From IMG/VR virus record IMGVR_UViG_3300050821_002957, positions 1 through 15,191 of that record: a stretch of DNA of 15,191 bases; one strand, written 5' to 3'. The position numbers and the translations under genes were made by a program. This DNA comes from a virus. The notes under the pieces are model-generated. The model searched no databases and had not been told where the DNA came from. It was given only the letters and a program-made list of their open reading frames with translations. This document shows, one piece after another, positions 1-7,047 of the stretch. Numbering within the stretch: the first letter of the stretch is position 1; every line of letters begins with the position of its first letter.

Positions 1-2
1 GA

Positions 3-140
3 AAGGCAGAGCGTGCAGCCGCCGAAAAGAAGAGACGTGAAGAGAAGGCCGCAATCGAAAAGAAAGAAGACAACGACCTGAAGACTTACGAGAGACTGAA
101 GAAAAAGTATGAACATAACGAATCACAATCTGACGTTTAA
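3..140 (+). CDS. 3' end of an upstream gene (partial), Lys/Glu/Arg-rich coiled-coil-like tail
   Basis: Open frame from the window edge: KAERAAAEKKRREEKAAIEKKEDNDLKTYERLKKKYEHNESQSDV, stop TAA at 138-140. 5' end is outside the window. Confidence 0.35.
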   Translation, partial: KAERAAAEKKRREEKAAIEKKEDNDLKTYERLKKKYEHNESQSDV

Positions 141-402
141 TCTCACGGTCAAAGAAGTCGGCGTCTGGATGGCTGCACTTCGCATGGCGGCGAAACACCA
201 CACCATGTGCATTCCGTGGGACTCCAATCCGTTTCTCGAACAACACAAAGAATTAGTGCGGCTGACCGGCTACGGCACTGGTGACCATGAAGATTTGTAC
301 AACGCTCTCGCAAAGAAAGCCAAAGAACAAGGGATCAGTTCGATGCAGGAGTTAAAAAATGCCGGAAAGAAACTTGAAGAGCTATATCCAGAACATGCTT
401 AA
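109..402 (+). CDS. hypothetical protein (97 aa)
   Basis: ORF-track frame. Start overlaps the upstream partial ORF by 32 nt, so the true start may be an internal Met. No recognisable motif. Confidence 0.4.
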   Translation: MNITNHNLTFNLTVKEVGVWMAALRMAAKHHTMCIPWDSNPFLEQHKELVRLTGYGTGDHEDLYNALAKKAKEQGISSMQELKNAGKKLEELYPEHA

Positions 403-688
403 TGAGGCCAAAGCAGCGTTTCTGATGGGCCACGGCTGGAAAGAAGTGGCAGCGGACGGCGGCGGAACCTGCTGGACCCCGGCCATCTACTTCCTTCAGA
501 CACCCCTTTATTTCGCATTAGACGACGCCTACGCCCTCGAAACGGTCGGGGAGGGTATCCACGCCTACGCCGGTCAAATCGCCCTGGAGGAAGCGCTACG
601 GGCCGAAGACCTGCGAAAAATGGACGAAGCTGAGGCCAAATATTTCGCCGAAACTGGCAAGCGCCACGGAATCTATCCAAACTGGTGA
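395..688 (+). CDS. hypothetical protein (about 98 aa)
   Basis: The ORF-track frame begins at 359. I prefer ATG 395, which overlaps the upstream TAA (ATGCTTAA coupling) and gives MLNEAKAAF...YPNW. Confidence 0.45.
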   Translation: MLNEAKAAFLMGHGWKEVAADGGGTCWTPAIYFLQTPLYFALDDAYALETVGEGIHAYAGQIALEEALRAEDLRKMDEAEAKYFAETGKRHGIYPNW

Positions 689-724
689 AAACAAAGGTGA
701 TAAACTGTTAAGATAGATAGGTAC

Positions 725-952
725 ATGCCTATCATCAATGTACCCTCGCCATCGCCAATGTCCGACTACCAAAAGGTCCAATTTGCGACCGAAGTAGCCT
801 TCAATTCACTCCTGGACGAAGCCAAAAAGCTCGGCCTGCCTCTGGAGCCGGTCATGGGCCTGATGTACCTTCCTACTTCAAAGCTAACAAGTGACTTTCA
901 AACGGCTTGCAGAGCCATTTTGGATGCTCTAAAAACGCCTCAAGAAAATTAG
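725..952 (+). CDS. hypothetical protein (75 aa)
   Basis: ORF with AGGT a few nt upstream of the ATG. No motif recognised. Confidence 0.45.
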   Translation: MPIINVPSPSPMSDYQKVQFATEVAFNSLLDEAKKLGLPLEPVMGLMYLPTSKLTSDFQTACRAILDALKTPQEN

Positions 953-996
953 ATACATCTATTGACTTCCAATTTGGAATTTGATAGCATGTATTC
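948..996 (+). promoter_or_regulatory. conserved early-promoter cassette, copy 1
   Basis: Palindrome-like TAGATACATCTA, then -35 TTGACT (962-967), 17-nt spacer, -10 TAGCAT (985-990). ATG at 997 lies 6 nt after the -10, so the mRNA should be leaderless. Confidence 0.6.
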
Positions 997-1446
997 ATGA
1001 GCGAATACACTGAAGCGAAATTAGACGGATCGAAAGTCATCGCCCAATTTGTTCTTGGCGGCAACTCTACCTTCACTGTGGTCTCGAAGCGCACCGGCTC
1101 CAGGCTGACGTTCAAGGTTGGATTTTGGGAAGAACGTAACATGTACATCGTCAAAGTTCTGACCGGCCCGGACAATGAAAACGACTACAGAAAGCTCGGC
1201 AAGATCAAAAACGGCATCTTCTCTTTGACTGATGCGGCTCGGGAGAACGGCTTCACCGTCGAGACTCGTTCCTTCAGCGTATTCTCCTGGCTGCTCCGCA
1301 ATCTCCAGTCCGAAAAGATCGACGATCAAATTGAAATCTGGCACGCTGGTCGCTGTGGCCGTTGCGGACGTAAGCTGACGGTGCCTGAGAGCATCGAGAC
1401 TGGTCTAGGACCGGAATGCGCTGAGAAAGGTTTTGGTGGTTTCTAG
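997..1446 (+). CDS. phage protein with a C-terminal CxxCG...GxGPEC zinc-ribbon motif (DUF6011-like)
   Basis: 149-aa ORF ending ...GRCGRCGRKLTVPESIETGLGPECAEKGFGGF. I recognise the CxxC...S...GxGPxC tail as a common phage C-terminal motif. Directly downstream of promoter copy 1. Confidence 0.6.
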   Translation: MSEYTEAKLDGSKVIAQFVLGGNSTFTVVSKRTGSRLTFKVGFWEERNMYIVKVLTGPDNENDYRKLGKIKNGIFSLTDAARENGFTVETRSFSVFSWLLRNLQSEKIDDQIEIWHAGRCGRCGRKLTVPESIETGLGPECAEKGFGGF

Positions 1447-1493
1447 TAGATACATCTATTGACATTGATCCCGAAACGAGGTACACTTTAATC
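1444..1493 (+). promoter_or_regulatory. conserved early-promoter cassette, copy 2
   Basis: TAGATACATCTA (1447-1458), -35 TTGACA (1459-1464), 17-nt spacer, -10 TACACT (1482-1487), ATG at 1494. Confidence 0.6.
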
Positions 1494-1661
1494 ATGACAA
1501 ACGAAATGATTTGGCAAAACATGACCGACGAACAAAGAAGGGCCGTCCTCGATCAATTCACTATGACTTCCGACATTCCTTCCGACATCAAGTGGGATCA
1601 TCTGGACCACGGAACACGGTCGGCGATCATCTTCACTGGAACGGTCGAGGGAATGAAATGA
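1494..1661 (+). CDS. small hypothetical protein (55 aa, leaderless)
   Basis: ATG 1494 sits 6 nt after the -10. Translation MTNEMIWQNMTDEQRRAVLDQFTMTSDIPSDIKWDHLDHGTRSAIIFTGTVEGMK. Below the ORF-track length cutoff. Confidence 0.45.
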   Translation: MTNEMIWQNMTDEQRRAVLDQFTMTSDIPSDIKWDHLDHGTRSAIIFTGTVEGMK

Positions 1662-1747
1662 TCGTCCTCCTTGCCGTCCTCAAAATTCAGGCTATGTTTT
1701 ACGGTTTGCGTCTGTTATTCTATATCAAGGTGAACCCAAATGACTAA
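1658..1747 (+). CDS. mini hydrophobic peptide (29 aa)
   Basis: ATG overlaps the upstream TGA (ATGA). MIVLLAVLKIQAMFYGLRLLFYIKVNPND is a single predicted TM helix. Weak support. Confidence 0.25.
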   Translation: MIVLLAVLKIQAMFYGLRLLFYIKVNPND

Positions 1748-1979
1748 CCTTCTCATTTCGCTCGGGGCTGCTGTCATGTGGCTTCTTCGGGTCCAAGAGT
1801 TAAAGTCTGCATTGCCGGAAGAATGCACGATGCTTCCGTCTGAGGGCCGCAGCTTCATCAATCTCCAACATTATGACCCGGACACGATCACTCGAATGTC
1901 AAGTGAGAATTATGAAGCTACGCATACTGCGGCTACTCCTGAAGTGGTCGTACTATCTGAAAATCCAACGGCTGAGTAA
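1740..1979 (+). CDS. hypothetical protein (79 aa)
   Basis: ORF overlaps the previous stop and has an N-terminal hydrophobic segment. Confidence 0.4.
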   Translation: MTNLLISLGAAVMWLLRVQELKSALPEECTMLPSEGRSFINLQHYDPDTITRMSSENYEATHTAATPEVVVLSENPTAE

Positions 1980-2048
1980 TTGGCTCTGGCATCGTAAGAT
2001 GGACGAGTTTTATCGGACGGTTCACCATCAGTCCGACTACGGCTGGTA

Positions 2049-2077
2049 ATTCCAAAATCTCATGCTATGATATTGGC
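2049..2077 (+). promoter_or_regulatory. extended -10 promoter (TGCTATGAT) for the downstream membrane protein
   Basis: TGcTATGAT, then 6 nt, then ATG 2078. The -35 is weak. Same leaderless geometry as the cassette family. Confidence 0.35.
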
Positions 2078-2560
2078 ATGAACATTCTAAGAAACGTATT
2101 GTTAGCGATGCTTCTTGTTGTAGGGATCGGATATTTGATTTCGCTGTTGCCTCCTCCACATCCTCGACACCACAAAGTCAAAATAGAAAAACTGAAGAAT
2201 GGCCAGTATGCCTACAAGGACAAGAAAGGCAACTGGTGGTTTTACGCCAAAAAAGTTGCAAAGGCTGGGAGTCAAACCGATTTTGATTTCGACTTTAATT
2301 TCACCGGAGCCGAGTTTGGTAAGTCAGCGAGTGGATCGGTGCGTATGCCTTCGGGCGGTTCATGGGTTCGTGCGTCAAATCCTCCCAAGCCGGAAGAAAT
2401 CGAAGAAGAGATTGAAGTGTCTGTCGAAGAGAGCGTCACAGGCGAACCGGAAGGGGACACTGACGACGGCGCAGATGCCGATTCAAGCGATTCTGGCGGC
2501 GATGGCGGCGACGGCGGGGGAGATGGCGGTGGGGATGGTGGAGGCGACGGCGGCGAGTAA
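2078..2560 (+). CDS. membrane-anchored protein with an acidic Gly/Asp-repeat C-terminal tail
   Basis: N-terminal TM helix (LLAMLLVVGIGYLISLL), central Lys-rich region, then a D/E-rich stretch ending in SGGDGGDGGGDGGGDGGGDGGE. Confidence 0.55.
   Translation: MNILRNVLLAMLLVVGIGYLISLLPPPHPRHHKVKIEKLKNGQYAYKDKKGNWWFYAKKVAKAGSQTDFDFDFNFTGAEFGKSASGSVRMPSGGSWVRASNPPKPEEIEEEIEVSVEESVTGEPEGDTDDGADADSSDSGGDGGDGGGDGGGDGGGDGGE
2492..2557 (+). repeat. in-frame GGC/GAT tandem repeat encoding (G)nD
   Basis: GGCGATGGCGGCGACGGCGGGGGAGATGGCGGTGGGGATGGTGGAGGCGACGGCGGC, an imperfect 9-12 nt periodicity. The PPSPPP-encoding minus-strand ORF (2272-2631) is its mirror image. Confidence 0.6.
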
Positions 2561-2593
2561 TTGACGCTATCCATCCTTGTGGTAGGATAGGTC
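2561..2593 (+). promoter_or_regulatory. promoter of the cassette family without the palindrome
   Basis: -35 TTGACG (2561-2566), then TGgTAGGAT as an extended -10 (2580-2588), ATG at 2594 five nt later. Confidence 0.4.
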
Positions 2594-3112
2594 ATGTCCC
2601 CAAAGACTGACATGTTCGGAACGCCGGTCATCGATTCATTTCGTGACGACTATCGTTTCCTCAGCAATTTTTATGTTGCACCTGTCTCTCTTTGGGGAAT
2701 TAACTTTCCTTCGTCCGAACATGCCTATCAATGGGCCAAGACAGATGACGAGCTTGAAAAGAAGTTCGTACTCTTCAAGCAGCTTCCGCATGTCCAGGGA
2801 TATCGTGTTATCTCGACTTCTCCCGGCCAAGCGAAGCGTGTAGGTAAGACAGTAACAAAACGTGAAGACTGGGATTTGATTCGTCCTGGCATCATGTTGG
2901 AAATTTTGAGAGCCAAGTTTAGTCAGAATCCCGATCTCAAAGAATTACTCCTGGCGACCGGCGATGCAATTCTCATTGAAGGCAACACATGGCACGACAA
3001 CGACTGGGGCCACTGTACGTGTGAGAACTGCATTACCAAGAAAAAATCCAATATGCTTGGTGCTCTGCTTATGCAGGTTCGAGAAGAATTACAAAATGAA
3101 AGACAAGACTAA
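2594..3112 (+). CDS. NADAR / YbiA (DUF1768) family protein, candidate ADP-ribosyl-guanine glycohydrolase
   Basis: 172 aa. FLSNFY...SSEHAYQWAK...LRAKFSQNPDLKELLLATGDAILIEGN...WG...NMLGALLMQVREEL lines up motif-for-motif with E. coli YbiA (FSNFA...SEHYFQAQKF...LRAKFEQH..LRALLLAT...LVE...WG...NRLGYLLMELREQL). Confidence 0.8.
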   Translation: MSPKTDMFGTPVIDSFRDDYRFLSNFYVAPVSLWGINFPSSEHAYQWAKTDDELEKKFVLFKQLPHVQGYRVISTSPGQAKRVGKTVTKREDWDLIRPGIMLEILRAKFSQNPDLKELLLATGDAILIEGNTWHDNDWGHCTCENCITKKKSNMLGALLMQVREELQNERQD

Positions 3113-3398
3113 AAACGCAATCGAAAAAAAGCTAACCAAAGTAGAAGAGTTGGTTTCTGACATCAGAGTTTTGATGACAGAACAAGAAACCTTACCAATT
3201 TTGTTGACCGAATATGATACTTGGTTGGTTCCTCGGCGAGTCGAATTTTGTGAAAACTGCATGAACATCAAAGCACAAGTAGGATATGCCGAAGTTGACA
3301 TTGAGGACTACAAGAAGGATACAAACTGTATGCCGAATGTCACATGGTGTCGTACATGTGGAGAGACCGGCAGTATCGGTGTCCTTACTGAGTCCTAA
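3096..3398 (+). CDS. small Zn-ribbon protein (CxxC...CxxC), 100 aa
   Basis: The ORF-track frame 2964-3398 overlaps the NADAR gene. Internal ATG 3096 (MKDKTKNAIEKK...) has GAGAAG upstream and overlaps NADAR by only 17 nt. Cys pairs FCENC...CRTCGETG. Confidence 0.5.
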   Translation: MKDKTKNAIEKKLTKVEELVSDIRVLMTEQETLPILLTEYDTWLVPRRVEFCENCMNIKAQVGYAEVDIEDYKKDTNCMPNVTWCRTCGETGSIGVLTES

Positions 3399-3406
3399 AT
3401 AGCAAC

Positions 3407-3652
3407 ATGCTTCTCCAGCACCCTCGCATCTATCTGTTCAGTGCAGCGCTCACCGTGATCAATTTAATCACGTTCTGTATCTGTGTCTACAATGGAAACG
3501 CTACAGGGATTGCGTGGAACGGCGTCTTCCTCATTTTTAATCTCATCGCAACCATTGGCAACTTCCGTATTCGTCATCATCGTGCTATACTACGTGAAGA
3601 ACAGAAAATGGAACGGCGAAATCAACTCATACGTTTGACCATCGGCGAGTAG
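3407..3652 (+). CDS. small membrane protein with two predicted TM helices
   Basis: 81 aa with two hydrophobic helices and a basic C-terminus. No good RBS. Confidence 0.4.
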   Translation: MLLQHPRIYLFSAALTVINLITFCICVYNGNATGIAWNGVFLIFNLIATIGNFRIRHHRAILREEQKMERRNQLIRLTIGE

Positions 3653-3663
3653 TTTCTACTTGT

Positions 3664-3756
3664 GGTGGCGTGGTGTATGGTTGCACAGCCTGCCTTATAA
3701 GCAGGGTCGCACTAGATGAGTGCCCGGACTGAGTTCAATTCTCAGCGCCACTACCA
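3664..3756 (+). tRNA. type-II-like tRNA (long variable arm), anticodon UAU by loop position (formally Ile, AUA-decoding); atypical
   Basis: Acceptor GGTGGCG pairs with CGCCACT (G1-U72). D-arm GTGT/GCAC with GG in the loop. Anticodon stem CCTGC/GCAGG, loop CTTATAA. The 23-nt variable region holds hairpin GCACT-AGATG-AGTGC. T-arm CTGAG-TTCAATT-CTCAG, discriminator A, encoded CCA. There is one extra nt between the D and anticodon stems. Confidence 0.5.
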
Positions 3757-3763
3757 AAATTTT

Positions 3764-4327
3764 ATGACATCTCTTGAAAAAGCAGGACAAGCAAAGAACC
3801 TTCTCATTGGCATCGCAGAGAAACTGACGGTGCCTGCGCTGACAGATGCCTGCAAGGTCGTTCTGTACGATCCAACCTTCGTGACGCAATACGGCTCGTC
3901 TGGAAAGCACCACAGCTATCCTGGTGGCTTGGCGATGCATACTCTCGAAGTGACTCAGTTTGCCTTGAAGATGGCCGAGATGCTTCCGATGGCCGATACT
4001 GACGTGGTTGCGACGGCGGCAATTTTTCACGACTACACGAAGATCAAGGAATACGCACCAGCAGCACAATTTGGTGATGGTGGATCGGTACGCCATACCA
4101 ACTATCGAAAATTCATTCGTCACGTTGCCGGAAGTCACGCTGCATTCATGATCGCCATCGAAGGAAAACGAGTGCCGGAAGAAAAGGTGTTCCGCATCGA
4201 GCACGCAATCCTGGCACATCATGGTTCGATTGCAGCAGGAAGTCCGATAGATATGGCGCTCATTGAAGCCTACATCGTGCATTACGCAGATTCATTCAGT
4301 GCAAAATTTGGTCCATCGAAAGGATAA
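3764..4327 (+). CDS. HD-domain phosphohydrolase (YhaM-like HD motif set)
   Basis: Motifs GKHHSYPGGLAMHTLEV, AAIFHDYTK, HAILAHHG and ...D fit the H..HD...H...H...D metal ligands. The ORF-track start 3716 lies inside the tRNA variable arm, so I place the start at ATG 3764, 8 nt after the tRNA CCA. Confidence 0.65.
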   Translation: MTSLEKAGQAKNLLIGIAEKLTVPALTDACKVVLYDPTFVTQYGSSGKHHSYPGGLAMHTLEVTQFALKMAEMLPMADTDVVATAAIFHDYTKIKEYAPAAQFGDGGSVRHTNYRKFIRHVAGSHAAFMIAIEGKRVPEEKVFRIEHAILAHHGSIAAGSPIDMALIEAYIVHYADSFSAKFGPSKG

Positions 4328-4328
4328 A

Positions 4329-4808
4329 ATGTTACTCGACACAATCAACACTCACATTACCGAAGCAATGAAGGCAAAGGATGGTCCACGTCTGACGACA
4401 CTCCGTGCAATCAAGGTGAAGATTGACGCCTTCATGAAAGAACGCATCAATCGAGTCGAAGTGACCGAGGCTAACGAACAGAAGATCCTGGAGAACCTCG
4501 TCAAGCAGCGCCTTGACTCAATTGAACTGTTCGAGAAAGGCAAGCGTTTGGATTTGGTTGCAATTGAAAGAGCCGAACTTGCGCTCATCAAAAGCTACAT
4601 GCCAAAGGATGCGACCGGCGTAGAGATCGACGCTGCAATTGAACTAGCATTACCGGGACTGCTTTCGACGGGTCCCAAGGCAATTGGTATGGTCATGGCC
4701 GATGTCAAAAAGAGATTGGCTGGCAAACGAGTGGATGGAAAGATTCTCTCAGAAAAAATCAAGGCTCGTTTCGTTGTCGCTGAAGCGAACGGTGAGACAT
4801 TCCATTGA
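4329..4808 (+). CDS. yqeY: GatB/YqeY-domain protein
   Basis: The ORF-track start 4263 overlaps the HD gene. ATG 4329 has AAGGA upstream. LTTLRAIKVKIDAFMKE...EANEQKILENLVKQRLDSIELFEKGKRLDLVAIERAELALIKSYMP...TGPKAIGMVMADVKKRLAGKRVDGKILSEKIKARF matches the YqeY/GatB C-terminal pattern along its length. Confidence 0.75.
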   Translation: MLLDTINTHITEAMKAKDGPRLTTLRAIKVKIDAFMKERINRVEVTEANEQKILENLVKQRLDSIELFEKGKRLDLVAIERAELALIKSYMPKDATGVEIDAAIELALPGLLSTGPKAIGMVMADVKKRLAGKRVDGKILSEKIKARFVVAEANGETFH

Positions 4809-4996
4809 TCGACTGGAAAAGTCTTGGCCTGAAAAAACCTCAGAAAAGAGCCTCTAGCAATCGTGACTCTAATTCGAGACTTCAGGTCAAGTGCATCTGT
4901 GGTCACAAGCAGTTTGAACATGAGTGTCATCCAGACGAACATTGTTACAAATGTGAATGCCGACAATTCAAGAGGTCCCGTCGTCCAACTGGATAG
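4805..4996 (+). CDS. Cys/His-rich mini-protein (TTG start), doubtful
   Basis: 63-aa ORF with KCICGHKQFEHECHPDEHCYKCEC. It starts at TTG and its last 23 nt run into tRNA-Arg(CCG). Confidence 0.25.
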   Translation: MIDWKSLGLKKPQKRASSNRDSNSRLQVKCICGHKQFEHECHPDEHCYKCECRQFKRSRRPTG

Positions 4997-5049
4997 GACG
5001 CTACCCTCCGAAGGTTGAAATAGTGGTTCAAATCCACTCGGGACTACCA
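4974..5049 (+). tRNA. tRNA-Arg (anticodon CCG)
   Basis: Acceptor GGTCCCG/CGGGACT (G1-U72). D-arm GTCC-AACTGGATA-GGAC. Anticodon stem CTACC/GGTTG with one U-U mismatch, loop CTCCGAA. T-arm AGTGG-TTCAAAT-CCACT. Discriminator A plus CCA. Confidence 0.7.
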
Positions 5050-5062
5050 TCTAGATATTGAC

Positions 5063-5251
5063 ATGAATCTGAATGACAAACCAATTAGCGTCACTGGCTC
5101 TGCCAATCCTGTAATCACTCGTGAAGAATATTATAAACGTCGTGAAAAATCTTCTAGCTACATGCCCGGATTAAAGAAAGGCGATCTCCCAAAGCGTATC
5201 AGGACAGCGGAAGATGATATTGCCGACATGCTTTTTGATCTAACAGAATGA
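5063..5251 (+). CDS. hypothetical protein (62 aa)
   Basis: ORF beginning 14 nt after the tRNA. A degenerate cassette, TAGATATTGACATG, lies upstream. Confidence 0.35.
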   Translation: MNLNDKPISVTGSANPVITREEYYKRREKSSSYMPGLKKGDLPKRIRTAEDDIADMLFDLTE

Positions 5252-5586
5252 CCCAAAAAGAACGACAAGCCATATTTGACGTAGTAGGTCAGGAAGCCGA
5301 TTTCCAAAAAATCTCAGGTTCCAATTTTGAAGTCGCTCTCAAGGAATGGTTTGATGATACTGAGAAACCATTCCCGCCCTATATTACAGACATTATCGTC
5401 CAGGTAATTGTTCAGTTAGCCAAGAAACCGCAATTTGAACACTATAAACTCGACGGAGATGTAGCTTTAAGAGCATTTGAACGGGCACTAAAACGAAGAC
5501 CATTTCGTATGATGGAAAATCCCTTTCCGGCTTTGACGAGAGTCGTCTTCGACAGTTTCATACGGCAGATACAACTAAAAAGATAG
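5248..5586 (+). CDS. hypothetical protein (112 aa)
   Basis: ATGA overlap with the upstream ORF. No motif recognised. Confidence 0.5.
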   Translation: MTQKERQAIFDVVGQEADFQKISGSNFEVALKEWFDDTEKPFPPYITDIIVQVIVQLAKKPQFEHYKLDGDVALRAFERALKRRPFRMMENPFPALTRVVFDSFIRQIQLKR

Positions 5587-5636
5587 CTCTGCTATATACC
5601 TGTAGAAGTCGAATCTAATCTTCGACCTAGAGGAAT

Positions 5637-5999
5637 ATGAGCAAAGAAAAAGTACAAGACGACAAAATTTTGTTGCGTCTGCCGTCCACTCTGACATCGG
5701 CAGTTGATCAAGTTATTAGAGAGCAAATCCCAGAGTTAAACCGCTCGGAATTCATCCGCAGGGCAGTTCGTTTTACGCTGGATCATGTCGAAGAATTCAA
5801 GACCAGTGATGCGGCGACCGTTCACGAAAAAACAGAAGTCGAGAGTGTTGCAAAGATCAATGCTGTCCGTGACCTTCGTGACCAATTACTACAATACAAG
5901 GATCTGTTGCAGAAGGAACCACAGACTCCAAACACCATCAAACAACTTTCGTTTTTGATCTTTTTGATCGGCGAAATGATCTTTAAGATGAACGATTAA
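5637..5999 (+). CDS. ribbon-helix-helix (CopG/Arc/MetJ-like) DNA-binding protein
   Basis: GAGGA RBS 7 nt upstream. The N-terminal ILLRLPSTLTSAVDQVIREQIPELNRSEFIRRAVRFTLD is a beta-strand followed by two helices, the typical RHH layout. A hairpin GTCGAA-N7-TTCGAC sits just upstream. Confidence 0.6.
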   Translation: MSKEKVQDDKILLRLPSTLTSAVDQVIREQIPELNRSEFIRRAVRFTLDHVEEFKTSDAATVHEKTEVESVAKINAVRDLRDQLLQYKDLLQKEPQTPNTIKQLSFLIFLIGEMIFKMND

Positions 6000-6026
6000 T
6001 AAACCGACGCTTGTATACATATTTGC

Positions 6027-6662
6027 ATGGAACAAAAACCGTGCCAAGTGTATTACTGTTACAAAACAACCAACATCATAAATGGAAAGGTTTACATTGG
6101 GTTCGCCAGTGATCCCAAAACTCGCTGGCGAAATCATAGAAGAGACGCTGAAACAGGTCGAGGATTTGCCCTCGCCGCCGCAATCCGAAAGTATGGATGG
6201 GACGCATTTGAATTTGAAGTGCTCTGTTGTGGTAAAGACAAGCGTATGATGTTGGAACACGTCGAGCCTGCATTGATTGAACAATATCAAAGTCGCATTG
6301 AACAAAATGGCTACAATGTAACTCGGGGCGGCGAACACATCCCGGTAGGCAATCGAGGTGGCTCTAAAAAAGGTCGTATTGTTTCTGAAGAATCTCGATG
6401 TAAAATGAGTGCTGCTAAGAAAGGCAATGTTAATGGAGCAGGTAACAAAGGCCATAAACATTCCGATGAAACTAAACAAAAAATGGCAGCAGTCCATCTG
6501 GGTCATTTCGTTTCTGAAGAGACACGCAAGAAAATCGGTAATCGTTATCCTCGCACAGAAGAAGAAAAGCAACACCTAAGCAAAATAAATACGGGCCGAA
6601 AACATTCAGAAGAAACCAAACAGAAGATGGCAGCGACAAGACGAGCAATGAGGATTTTGTGA
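6027..6662 (+). CDS. GIY-YIG homing endonuclease with C-terminal NUMOD3-type repeats (Seg/I-TevI-like)
   Basis: VYYCYKTTNIINGKVYIGFASDPKTRWRNHR is the GIY-YIG motif with the Arg and His-Arg. It is followed by four copies of SEE(S/T)(R/K)xK(M/I)... spanning 6375-6660 (SEESRCKMSAAKKGN, SDETKQKMAAVHLGH, SEETRKKIGNRY, SEETKQKMAATRRA). Confidence 0.8.
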   Translation: MEQKPCQVYYCYKTTNIINGKVYIGFASDPKTRWRNHRRDAETGRGFALAAAIRKYGWDAFEFEVLCCGKDKRMMLEHVEPALIEQYQSRIEQNGYNVTRGGEHIPVGNRGGSKKGRIVSEESRCKMSAAKKGNVNGAGNKGHKHSDETKQKMAAVHLGHFVSEETRKKIGNRYPRTEEEKQHLSKINTGRKHSEETKQKMAATRRAMRIL

Positions 6663-6819
6663 CGTGTGGAAGTACATCAAGGCACTCTTTACCCATCGGC
6701 CAAAATTCTATCGAGGCACCACAGATAAATTTTGCCACAGCCTTACCGCAAAGGGCAGGCGCATTCGTATTTTCGGATTCGCCTGGGGACCTTTTATGAT
6801 TGCATTCCATACACTCGAC

Positions 6820-6847
6820 TTGACAAATAGCAGACCTTCTGTAAAAT
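6820..6847 (+). promoter_or_regulatory. sigma70-like promoter TTGACA-16-TAAAAT
   Basis: Near-consensus hexamers at 6820-6825 and 6842-6847, with an AAGGG SD and ATG 6863 downstream. Confidence 0.45.
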
Positions 6848-6862
6848 ACAAAGGGTACTCCA

Positions 6863-6973
6863 ATGAAGCTGACTGAAATGGAAAAGAAAATTTTGTTCGA
6901 TGCAATAACACTGTACAAAAACAGAGCAGAGACGATGTTGATACTACCATCTCGGCACTTCGTAGCAAATTGA
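6863..6973 (+). CDS. mini-ORF (36 aa), doubtful
   Basis: MKLTEMEKKILFDAITLYKNRAETMLILPSRHFVAN. Its only support is the strong promoter and SD just upstream. Confidence 0.25.
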   Translation: MKLTEMEKKILFDAITLYKNRAETMLILPSRHFVAN

Positions 6974-7047
6974 AACGTGCTCTGGCTGAAGGAACCAACA
7001 GCACCGGCCCAAGATGATCTATTTGGTTGGAATGCGAAAATAATACC

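Noticed and set aside
2016-2046. Hairpin TCGGAC-GGTTCACCATCA-GTCCGA with a T-loop-like GGTTCA, considered as a tRNA or tmRNA fragment
   Set aside because: There is no acceptor, D or anticodon arm around it, and the loop is 12 nt. Most likely it is an mRNA 3' stem-loop between operons.
2272-2631. Minus-strand 119-aa ORF rich in PPSPPPS repeats
   Set aside because: It is the reverse complement of the GGC/GAT tandem repeat that encodes the (G)nD tail of the plus-strand membrane protein. It has no independent start or RBS support, and every other gene here is on the plus strand.
3636-3663. TTGACC-16-TACTTG promoter-like hexamers just upstream of the long-arm tRNA
   Set aside because: The predicted start would fall inside the tRNA acceptor stem and the -10 is poor. 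The tRNA is more likely processed from the transcript of the upstream small-membrane-protein operon.
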